Of a stretch of 64,000 nt of DNA, positions 42,468-50,311 are shown in pieces. Each line of letters begins with the position of its first letter. Within the stretch, counting starts at the first letter, position 1. The position numbers and the translations under genes were made by a program. The notes beneath the pieces were generated by a model, which made no database searches, was not told the DNA's origin, and saw only the letters and a program-made list of their open reading frames with translations. The DNA is from Actinomycetes bacterium. GTDB lineage: Bacteria > Bacillota > Sulfobacillia > Sulfobacillales > JAIMBI01. The DNA is taken from contig JAIMBI010000006.1 in the NCBI GenBank assembly GCA_023565505.1, positions 3,885 through 67,884 on the forward strand, in the 5' to 3' direction.

Positions 42468-43913
42468 CTAAGCGCTTCCCAGGAGTTCCTGCACCAGATG
42501 CTGCCAGAGTCCGGCTGCCACGACAGGAACCCCGATGCCGCCGAGGACGAACGCGGCGAGCACGAAGCCGGGGAGCAGGAGGGCGAACGGCTCGCTCAGG
42601 CGGGCGGGCCGGGCGGTCGTCCGCGCCTCGACGGGCCCGGGAGTCCACAGCCAAGCGGGTATCCGCCAGGCGACACCGGCGAAGACGACGACCAGCAGGC
42701 CCAGGGCGACCACGTCGGCCAGGCGGTACGCCGGATGCTGGAACCCGCCGACGAGGATGAGCCATTCGCTCCAAAACGGCGCGAAGGGGGGCAGGCCGAC
42801 GATGGAGGCGGCGCCCAGGGCCAAGAGTCCGCCGGTCCAGGGGGTGCGGAGGAGAAGCCCCCGGGCGCCTGTGCGACTGTCCGACGTCCCGTAGAGCAGC
42901 CGGACGGTTCCGGCGTTGTGGAACAACAGGGCCTTGTTCACGCCGTGGGTCCAGATGTGGAACATGGCCCCGACCAGCGCGATCCCGCCGAACCCCATGC
43001 CCAGGCTGACCAGACCCAGATGCTCGATGCTCGAGTAGGCCCATAGGCGCTTGAGGTCGGTCTGGGTGACGGCGAAGGCGGCGGCCACCACCAGCGAGGC
43101 GAGACCCAGGAGGATGAAGCCCTCCCGGATGGCCGACCCCGCGGCCGTGGGCGCGACGAGGTGGAACAGCCGCCACATGATCAGCGCCGCGCCCGCCAGT
43201 TTGAGACCGGAAAGGAGGGCCGAGACGGGCGCCGGCGCTTCGCCGTGCGCGTCCGGGAGCCAGGTGTGAAACGGAGCGAGCCCGGCCTTGGTGGCGTAGC
43301 CGACCAGCGCCAAAAGCCCTCCGACGAAGACCGACGTCCCCACCGCGGTGCCCGCCGGCAGGGGGGGCGGGAACGTGGACGACCAACGGTCGAGCGGGAT
43401 GCCCAGTCCGCTCAACACGAGGACCGTCCCCACCAGGGCGGCGAATCCGCCGGTCTCGGTGACCACCAGGTACTTCCATGCCGCCTCGGTCGCACGGCGG
43501 TCCTCGGACACGCCGGTCAGGAAGACGGAGGACAGGGTGGCGACCTCCACCGCGACCCAGAGGCCGAGGAAGTTGGTCAAAAGCGCCAGCGCCAGCAGGG
43601 AGGCGACGAACAAGAGCAGTCCGGCGGCGAAGGCGCGTACGCGCGAGGGCTGCCAGTGATGGGCCGCGGCTTCGCGGCGCAGGTACGGGACGGCATACCA
43701 AAGGCTCAAGGCCGCCAGGAGCGCCGAGATCCCGTAGAACCACGCTGCCAGGGGATCCGGTGCGGACCACCATCCGGCCACCAGAAGGGCCAGCGAGACG
43801 GCCAGACCAGCTGCGGCCAGCCCTACGACGGCGCCGACCAGGCGTTCGGGCACCAGCCGCGCCAGCACGGCGGCCGCCACCAGGGCGCCGGGAAGCAAGA
43901 CGGCCGTCGTCAT
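42468..43913 (-). CDS. hyfF: Ehr/Hyf antiporter-like membrane subunit (HyfF-like)
   Basis: EAAWKY, GYATKAGLAP.HTWLPDAH.EAP, KRLWAYSSIEH, GLPPF..FWSE. Confidence 0.9.
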   Translation of the reverse strand: MTTAVLLPGALVAAAVLARLVPERLVGAVVGLAAAGLAVSLALLVAGWWSAPDPLAAWFYGISALLAALSLWYAVPYLRREAAAHHWQPSRVRAFAAGLLLFVASLLALALLTNFLGLWVAVEVATLSSVFLTGVSEDRRATEAAWKYLVVTETGGFAALVGTVLVLSGLGIPLDRWSSTFPPPLPAGTAVGTSVFVGGLLALVGYATKAGLAPFHTWLPDAHGEAPAPVSALLSGLKLAGAALIMWRLFHLVAPTAAGSAIREGFILLGLASLVVAAAFAVTQTDLKRLWAYSSIEHLGLVSLGMGFGGIALVGAMFHIWTHGVNKALLFHNAGTVRLLYGTSDSRTGARGLLLRTPWTGGLLALGAASIVGLPPFAPFWSEWLILVGGFQHPAYRLADVVALGLLVVVFAGVAWRIPAWLWTPGPVEARTTARPARLSEPFALLLPGFVLAAFVLGGIGVPVVAAGLWQHLVQELLGSA

Positions 43914-44542
43914 CCGACCAACTCCTTCAGGGACCGCGCATCGGTGGTATGACCGAGGTCAGCCACCCGGCGGAGGGCCTCCCGAAGCACCCAGGCCAAG
44001 CCGAGCGTCACCGCCAGGGCCAAGCCGTCCAGCACCGGGCCCTGGCGGCCGCCGACGACCAGCGCGAAGGAGGCCGCTTGGGTGTCGAGGCCCAGGAGAG
44101 CCCATGCCATGATCCACGTCTCATGGCGGACCACCAGGCTCAGGAGTCCCAGGAGGAAGGCGGCGAGCACCACGCCGGCGACTACGGGGTGCGGCGGACC
44201 CAGGCGGGGCACGAGCAGGACGGCGGCAACGGTGAGGGCGACACCGAACGCAAGCGCGGTGGCCATACCGAACGGCCCGCGGGCGCCGTAGTCGCGGCGG
44301 ACCCGGTCGGGTACGGCGCTGGTCCACCAGGGCACCACGAGGCCCTTCACGACGAGGACCGCGACGCCCAGGGCGTCAAGTTCCGGGTGCCCCCCCGCCC
44401 AGCCGGCGGCAAAAGCCAGCCCCGCTTCCCCCAGGGCCTGGAGGCGATAGGCGGCCCGGGCGCCGGGAAACGTCCGAATCATGACCACCAGGCCCGCCCC
44501 GAGCCAGATGGTGGTCGCCAGGAATCGCTCGAGCATCTCCAT
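43910..44542 (-). CDS. hyfE: Ehr/Hyf membrane subunit (HyfE-like)
   Basis: Multiple TMs, KGLVVP motif, C-terminal L..L.G; position between hyfC and hyfF homologs. Confidence 0.75.
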   Translation of the reverse strand: MEMLERFLATTIWLGAGLVVMIRTFPGARAAYRLQALGEAGLAFAAGWAGGHPELDALGVAVLVVKGLVVPWWTSAVPDRVRRDYGARGPFGMATALAFGVALTVAAVLLVPRLGPPHPVVAGVVLAAFLLGLLSLVVRHETWIMAWALLGLDTQAASFALVVGGRQGPVLDGLALAVTLGLAWVLREALRRVADLGHTTDARSLKELVG

Positions 44543-44594
44543 GGAATGGCACCTCCTTCGGCGACAGCTTGTCCACCCTTCACGGCGCGCCGCG

Positions 44595-45539
44595 TCAGAC
44601 CCCCAGGCCGGCCGCCAGCGCGCCGAGCGACGCCAGCGCGATCGCCGCAGCGAGGAAGTCCACGTTCCGAATCAACCGCAGCTTGGCGAACCCGGCCTCC
44701 AGGGTCACCAGGAACAGGCCGAGGGCGAGGAGTTTGGCGGCCACCAGCAGGATGGCGCGTGCAACGGCGACGGCCTCCAGGGAGGACGCTAGCCCCCAGG
44801 GAGTCAGCAGCACGTTGACGAGGACGGTCGCAAGCACGGTGAACTTCATCCACCCGCCCCACTCGTAGAGGGCGAGATCCGGCCCGCTGGCCTCGAACGT
44901 CCGGGCCGGGTCGATCAGCGACAATTCCTGAGTCGAGGAGGGATTGTCGACGGGGATGCGCCCTGTCTCGGCGATGAGGAGCAGGAACCAGCCTGCGGCC
45001 AGCAGGACGTGGGCCGGCGTGACGAGCCAACGCGGGCCGGCGAGCGTGGCGTTGACGACGAACGGGATGGTCGCACCCGCCACGGTGGCTGCCGTGAACA
45101 CCAGCGCCAGGGCGAGCGGTTCGGTGAACGTCCCGATGAGCCGGATCCGGCTCACGCCGAGGGCAGGGTACACGCTGCCGCTGTCCAGGGCGGCGAAGAG
45201 GAGCGCCAAGCCACCGGCGGAGAGGATCATCCCCCCGCCCAGCATGTCCCCCATCCACGCGAACGGAAGGGGAAAGGCCGTCAGCACCGGGATGAGCAGG
45301 GTGACGAGGACCGGGGCCACGAAGTACGCCACCGGCGCCCACGCCGAGACGAACGTGGTCTCGGTGGTGCGCACGGTCTCCTTGTGCCACCATTTCCGGA
45401 GATCTCGGTAGGGCTGCCATACGGGCGGCCCGTGGCGCCCCGCCAGCCGTGCCCGCCAGCGTTCCATGACGCCGCGGTAGAGGGGGGAGAAGGCGAGCAC
45501 GAACAAGACCTGAAGCGCCTGCGCCGCGTACGGGCTCAC
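44595..45539 (-). CDS. hyfC: Ehr/Hyf NuoH-like membrane subunit (HyfC-like)
   Basis: GRHGPPVWQPYRDL.K, ALDSGS, AETGRIPVDN, E.SG.DLAL, AKLRL. Confidence 0.9.
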   Translation of the reverse strand: MSPYAAQALQVLFVLAFSPLYRGVMERWRARLAGRHGPPVWQPYRDLRKWWHKETVRTTETTFVSAWAPVAYFVAPVLVTLLIPVLTAFPLPFAWMGDMLGGGMILSAGGLALLFAALDSGSVYPALGVSRIRLIGTFTEPLALALVFTAATVAGATIPFVVNATLAGPRWLVTPAHVLLAAGWFLLLIAETGRIPVDNPSSTQELSLIDPARTFEASGPDLALYEWGGWMKFTVLATVLVNVLLTPWGLASSLEAVAVARAILLVAAKLLALGLFLVTLEAGFAKLRLIRNVDFLAAAIALASLGALAAGLGV

Positions 45540-45581
45540 GCCGATACCTCCTCGGCCGGTTAATCTGGGATACGCGCGAAC

Positions 45582-45615
45582 AAAAAAACTCCCGACCGCC
45601 TCTCGGCGTCAGGAG
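45582..45615 (-). terminator. riboswitch expression-platform terminator
   Basis: CTCCTGAC-GCCGAGAGGCG-GTCGGGAG-TTTTTTT; its 5' arm overlaps the 3' end of the aptamer. Confidence 0.85.
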
Positions 45616-45675
45616 TCATTAACCGCGTGACGCGGTGGTTTCGGACCCGAGGTCCGCGGCGGAATCCATCGCCTG
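45609..45675 (-). ncRNA. fluoride (crcB-motif) riboswitch
   Basis: GGCGATGGATTCCGCC ... ACCGCG-TCA-CGCGGT-TAATGACTCCTG matches GGCGAUGGnGUUCGCC...UAAUGACnCCU; one pseudoknot mismatch and an extra hairpin. Confidence 0.8.
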
Positions 45676-45713
45676 CGAGGGCGCCTCCGACGGCGCCAAG
45701 CACTCTGGAGCCT

Positions 45714-45744
45714 AATATAGCAGACAGACCGGGCCGTGCGTCAA
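45714..45744 (-). promoter_or_regulatory. promoter of riboswitch/Ehr operon
   Basis: Extended -10 TGCTATATT; TTGACG with a non-optimal 19-nt spacer. Confidence 0.55.
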
Positions 45745-45884
45745 TCGGGCGGGGCGACGGTCCGGACCTTGGGACCGGGGGAACGCTGGCCCGGAGTCAG
45801 GGGGCGACGACGACGGCCGGGACCGCGAGGATGTCCCCCGCGCGGGGAGGAGGTCGAGCCCGGGGGCGGGCCGAACCGGCCGCG

Positions 45885-46820
45885 TCACCGGACCAGCCCC
45901 AGGACCGTGAGGCAGGCGGGGACCGTCAGCGCGCTGGCGACGGTGGACAGCGTGATGGTCTGGGCCACCTGTTCCGGGGCCGCCTCGAACTCGCGCGACA
46001 GGATGATGGCGTTGATTGCCACGGGCGTCGCAATCTGAAGGACCAAGGCCCGGGCGGCGGCCGGCGGAAGGGGGAGCACGGCCGCCAGCCCCGCGGCGAC
46101 GGCGGGCATGACCACGAGCCTGAGCCCGGTGCTCCACCACGCCACGGCGCTGCGAATGTCCCGGAGCCGCCAGTCTGCGATGGTGGCGCCGAGCACCACC
46201 AGGACGGTGGGCGAATAGGCGTTGCCCGCGATGGTGGTCGCCGTGGCCAGGCCTTGGGGGACCGGCCAATGCAGCAGGTCGACCAGCGCCGCGGCCACCA
46301 TGGCCCACATGGCAGGCAGACGGACGACCCGCCGCCACGCGGCGCGGGGATCCATGCTGCCCCGGCTGGCCAGATAGGCCCCGACGGTGTTGACGGCGAC
46401 GATCTGGGTCAGGACGTAGATGACGGCAGCCTGGAGACTTCGGGGCCCCAAGGTGAACGCGACCAGGGGTAGGCCCAGGTTTGAGGAGTTGGAGAAGGCC
46501 GTCGTGAGGTCCAGGGCCGCCTGCGCGCCCTGGTCCGCGTGCAGCGCCCGGCCGACGCCGCGGCTCAGGAGCACCGCCGCCAGCACCACACCGGCGGCGA
46601 AGACCACGACGGCGGTGAGGTCGTGCAGCGACAGTCCCCGTTGGGTCAAAGCGTGGAAGACGAGCCCGGGCGTGAAGACGTACAGCGCCGTCCGCGACAT
46701 GGCGGTCGAGTCGATGCGGAGCCGCCGCCGCAACAGGACCCCGGCCACCACGAACGCCGCCACCAGCAGGAGCGTCTGGCCGGCGAACCCGAGTTCGGCA
46801 AGCACGCGACCGGCGGACAC
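45885..46820 (-). CDS. AEC (auxin efflux carrier) family transporter
   Basis: LYVFTPGLVF, FSNSSNLGLP, P..L.VLG, RL..MP, A.P.AIN; about 10 TMs; AAGGAGGA RBS. Confidence 0.9.
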   Translation of the reverse strand: MSAGRVLAELGFAGQTLLLVAAFVVAGVLLRRRLRIDSTAMSRTALYVFTPGLVFHALTQRGLSLHDLTAVVVFAAGVVLAAVLLSRGVGRALHADQGAQAALDLTTAFSNSSNLGLPLVAFTLGPRSLQAAVIYVLTQIVAVNTVGAYLASRGSMDPRAAWRRVVRLPAMWAMVAAALVDLLHWPVPQGLATATTIAGNAYSPTVLVVLGATIADWRLRDIRSAVAWWSTGLRLVVMPAVAAGLAAVLPLPPAAARALVLQIATPVAINAIILSREFEAAPEQVAQTITLSTVASALTVPACLTVLGLVR

Positions 46821-46849
46821 GGCGGTTCCTCCTTGTATCTAGGTACTAG

Positions 46850-47230
46850 AGATTGACACTATTAGCCGTCGTCCTTGGGGAAAGGATGGGGGTCCGGGGG
46901 AAGGGAAACCCCTTGTGGATTGTGGGGATAACCTGGATAACCCCATTCCCCTCCGCTCGCCAGGACCGACGTCGTTTCCCGTCGAATCGGGCTGGTAGCC
47001 CGGTGCGGGGTCAGGCCTTTCCTCCTTGCGCCCGAGCGCTGCGAAAGATTGCCGCCCCGAGCCGGCGGGGTTGATCGCCGACACCCACGGTGCGCCCCCG
47101 GCGGAGTCACGGAGAGCAGCAGCTCCGTGCGTGCCGTCTCCCCGGGACCGAAGCGCCGATCCGTGCGCAAGGCTGCGGCGGCCCCGCCGGCCGACGGGAC
47201 CCCCTTGCCGGGGCACAACCCCTGGGGAAG
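46850..47230 (+). ncRNA. candidate bridge RNA in IS110 left non-coding end
   Basis: About 400 nt non-coding with many hairpins; TTCCTCCTTG at 47019-47028 is identical to the left flank 46826-46835. Confidence 0.55.
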
Positions 47231-47243
47231 GGAGGTGAGAGTC

Positions 47244-48500
47244 ATGTCCGAATTGCTGGTGGGGATTGACGTCAGCCGGGACACCCATCACGTGGCCTTC
47301 ACGGATGCCACCGCCACCCATCGCTGGGGCCGCCTGACCGTGCCCAACGACGCCGGAGGCGCCCTCCAGCTGGCCCAGGCGATTCACGACCAGGCCGCCG
47401 CCCATGGGTGCGACACCGTCCGCATCGGCTGCGAGGCCACGGGCGTCTACGCCTGGCATCTGGCGCTCTGGCTGAGCCAGCCCACGGACCCGCCCCGGCC
47501 CTGGGCGGTCTACCTGCTCCAGCCGCGCACGGTGCACCGGTACGCAGCCACGTTCGCGAGTAAACGGGCCAAGACGGACCGCCAGGACCCCTGGCGCATC
47601 GCCGAGGTGCTGAGCCATCCGGCGTGGTTGCCCCGGCCCTTCCAGTTGGCCGAGCGCACCATCGCTCTGCAGCGCCTGACCCGGCATCGGCACCACCTGG
47701 TGCGCCAGCTCACGCGCCTCAAGAACTACGCCGCGAGCTACCTGTTCTTGAAGGCCAACGGCTTGGTCTGCCATCCGCCGTGGTCCGACCCGTGGGGCGC
47801 GGCGGCTGCCGCTGTCCTCCTCCAGTACCAGACGGTGGAGGATATCGCCGCCGCCCCCTTGGCGGAGCTGGTCGCCTGCCTGCAACGCGGGGCCCGCGGC
47901 CATCTGGCCGACCCGGACCGGGTGGCCCAGGCGGTCCGCCAAGCGGCCCGGGCTTCGTTCCGGTTGCCGGAGGTCCTCAAGGAGCCGGTGCATCAGATCC
48001 TGAGTTGGACCTTGCAGGACATCCGGTATCTCGAGGCCCAGATCAAAGCCGTCGATCGACGGATTGCGCGCGAACCGGCGGCCCGCACGAACCGGCTGCT
48101 GACCGTCCCGGGGATCGGGCCGGTGTTTGCGGCCGGCATCTTGGCCGAAATCGGGGACATTACCTTCTTCCCCGATGATGACCAAGTGGCCCAGTTCGCG
48201 GGCTTGACGTGGCCGCCCGCCGCGTCGGGGCAGTACACGCCCGAACATCCGCCATTGGCCCGGACCGGCAACGCCTATCTCCGCCACTACCTGGTCGAAG
48301 CTGCGAACAGCGTCCGACGGCACGACGCCACATACGCAGCGTACTATGAACGCAAGCTGGCCGAGAGTACGCCGCCCGCACACCATCGGGCGTTGGTGCT
48401 CACCGCACGCAAACTGACACGCTTGGTGACCGCTCTGCTGCGCGATGACCGGGCGTACGACCCGACGTACCGCTCTGTGCGGCGGCGTCGTCACGGTTAA
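47244..48500 (+). CDS. IS110-family transposase/recombinase
   Basis: GIDVS (D), CEATG (E), KTDRQD (D,D), TVPGIG, AEIGDI..F, FAGL.....SG (Ser), GNAYLR, ARKL; GGAGGTGA RBS. Confidence 0.96.
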   Translation: MSELLVGIDVSRDTHHVAFTDATATHRWGRLTVPNDAGGALQLAQAIHDQAAAHGCDTVRIGCEATGVYAWHLALWLSQPTDPPRPWAVYLLQPRTVHRYAATFASKRAKTDRQDPWRIAEVLSHPAWLPRPFQLAERTIALQRLTRHRHHLVRQLTRLKNYAASYLFLKANGLVCHPPWSDPWGAAAAAVLLQYQTVEDIAAAPLAELVACLQRGARGHLADPDRVAQAVRQAARASFRLPEVLKEPVHQILSWTLQDIRYLEAQIKAVDRRIAREPAARTNRLLTVPGIGPVFAAGILAEIGDITFFPDDDQVAQFAGLTWPPAASGQYTPEHPPLARTGNAYLRHYLVEAANSVRRHDATYAAYYERKLAESTPPAHHRALVLTARKLTRLVTALLRDDRAYDPTYRSVRRRRHG

Positions 48501-48706
48501 CCGCCTCCTTGACGACCGGCAGGGGCCAGAGCACCAGATCCTGCCAGTCACCATGTCCGGGGGCCTACCGGGGTTTTCGTGTGCCTCACATCCCGGTCGA
48601 AATGAGGGCTTGACACCTACACCCCACTCTTGCTCGACCGTCTTGTAAAATAAGAACGCCTTATTGGAAAACGGTACACCAGCAGTATAGCAAAAGGGGG
48701 CCCGAC

Positions 48707-49420
48707 ATGAGAGACAGAGTCGCCGAGGGACGCGGCAGTGCCCCGCTGGCCAAGTACGTTGGGTTGCTCGACCTCCTGGCGGCCGGCGGGCCGGCGACGC
48801 CCGCGGAGCTGGTGACGCGGACCGGCTTGGCCCGTCCGACGGTCTATCGGTTGCTGGCCAATCTCGAAAACCTGGGGCTGGTGCGGCGGGATGGCACGGG
48901 GGCGGTCCGCCTGGGCCTCCGGCTCATCCGGTGGGGACAGGCGGCGCTGGACCTCGACGTCGTCCAGGTGAGCCGTCCCGTCATGACCGCGCTGCACCAG
49001 CAGACGGGGGAGAGTGTCCAACTGTATGTGCCCGACGGGGATGCGCGCGTCTGCGTGATGGCGGTCGACCGGGGTGCGGGACTTCGGGACACGGTGCCGG
49101 TAGGGGCCCGTCTGCCGCTGGACCGGGGATCGGCCGGCAAGGTGCTCCGGGCCTTCGGGGCGGTCCGGGTCGCCTCGGAGGACGACCCGGAGCTGGCGGC
49201 GATCCGCCGGCAGGGATACGCCGAGAGCGTGGCCGAACGGGAACCGGGGGTGGCGAGCGTGAGCGCCCCCATCCGCGATCCGTTGGGGGTTGTGGTCGCG
49301 GCCATCTGCGTGAGCGGTCCGCTGAGCCGGCTCGGGCCGTCGCCCGGGGCCCGGTTCGCCGATGCCGTCGTGGAGGCAGCCCGGCAGGTGGAGGCGGCCT
49401 GGGCGCGCCGCGAGCGGTGA
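48707..49420 (+). CDS. IclR-family transcriptional regulator
   Basis: HTH GLARPTVYRLL; TGESVQL, VGARLPL..GSAGKVL, EREPGVASVSAP, SGP. Confidence 0.93.
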   Translation: MRDRVAEGRGSAPLAKYVGLLDLLAAGGPATPAELVTRTGLARPTVYRLLANLENLGLVRRDGTGAVRLGLRLIRWGQAALDLDVVQVSRPVMTALHQQTGESVQLYVPDGDARVCVMAVDRGAGLRDTVPVGARLPLDRGSAGKVLRAFGAVRVASEDDPELAAIRRQGYAESVAEREPGVASVSAPIRDPLGVVVAAICVSGPLSRLGPSPGARFADAVVEAARQVEAAWARRER

Positions 49421-49435
49421 CCGCCGTCCCGGTCC

Positions 49436-50311
49436 TCACGCCCCGCGACGAGGCGGCGCGCCGGTCGGACGGGCGAGGGGGAGGGAAAAGGCCGTGAACT
49501 CCGCGGCACCGCTGGCCAGGAAGGATCGGTTGGCGGCCCGCTTGGCCTCGAACACCGTGTGGGCGGCGTCGCGGAAAGCGGGCGGGAAGCCCAGGCTTTC
49601 CCCCTCGGCCAAGCGGGTCAGGATGCGGCGATAGGCCGCCTCGGCCCGCCGGCCCGCGTCCGGCCTGTGGGAGAGGGAGTCGGCCCGCACGCGGTAGACG
49701 TGCAACGGTTCGGGACACAACCAGGCGGCGCCGCCCGCGCGGGCCAGGGCCCCCAGGTTGAACAGGACGTCCTCGGCGAAGTCGACGGCCGGATCGAAGG
49801 GCCGTACCCAGTCCCGGTGGATGAGCGGGAAAAGAGGATGGTTCACCGCGGCGATGTCCCAGAAGTCCACCCGGCGGGGATCCGGCGGCGAGTCCGGGAG
49901 CAGCGGGCCGCGGGGCGCGTCGTGGGCGTCGTCCCAGCGGAGGATGTTGTCGAAGGCGATGCCGTCGTGGCGGGCCAGCTCCAGGAGGCGCTCGAGCTTG
50001 GCCGCGTGCCACCAGTCGTCGGCGTCAAGCACCGTAATCCATTCGCCGCGGGCGACGCGGAGCGCCGCGTTGCGGGCGACCGACGGACCGCGGGCCACCC
50101 CGCCCGAGTCCAGGAAGCGGATCCGGGGATCGGGGGGGAGCGACGGGCGATAGTCGGTGCCGTCGTCGGACACGACCAAAAGCTCCCAGTCGGATCGCGA
50201 CTGGGCTAAGACGCTCCGGACGGCCCGGCCGATGGTGGCGCCGGCCCGGTACGCCGCGAGCAGCACCGAAACCGCGGGACGCCGCAGGGCGACATCGACC
50301 CGGTCGCTCAT
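49436..50311 (-). CDS. glycosyltransferase family 2
   Basis: VSVLLAAY, SVLAQ...WEL.VVSDDG, GPSVARN, LDADD, ED; ATGA-coupled to upstream kinase. Confidence 0.9.
   Translation of the reverse strand: MSDRVDVALRRPAVSVLLAAYRAGATIGRAVRSVLAQSRSDWELLVVSDDGTDYRPSLPPDPRIRFLDSGGVARGPSVARNAALRVARGEWITVLDADDWWHAAKLERLLELARHDGIAFDNILRWDDAHDAPRGPLLPDSPPDPRRVDFWDIAAVNHPLFPLIHRDWVRPFDPAVDFAEDVLFNLGALARAGGAAWLCPEPLHVYRVRADSLSHRPDAGRRAEAAYRRILTRLAEGESLGFPPAFRDAAHTVFEAKRAANRSFLASGAAEFTAFSLPLARPTGAPPRRGA

Larger units (their letters stand above)
46836..48632 (+). mobile_element. IS110-family insertion sequence (about 1.8 kb)
   Basis: DEDD recombinase ORF; no terminal inverted repeats; CTTG at both junctions (46832-46835 and 48629-48632); alternative right end CTTGTA 48642-48647. 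Confidence 0.85.

Noticed and set aside
38339-45539. A true NiFe hydrogenase-4 / formate hydrogenlyase
   Set aside because: The large subunit lacks both CxxC Ni-binding motifs, and no hyp, maturation protease or fdh genes are adjacent.
45760-45800. DosR-like boxes upstream of the Ehr promoter (also near 34550 and 38200)
   Set aside because: Matches are weak, unphased and in very GC-rich sequence; they cannot be told from chance by eye.
46839-48554. 571-aa ORF antisense to the IS110 spanning almost the whole element
   Set aside because: No recognisable domain or RBS; best explained as the antisense frame of the transposase.
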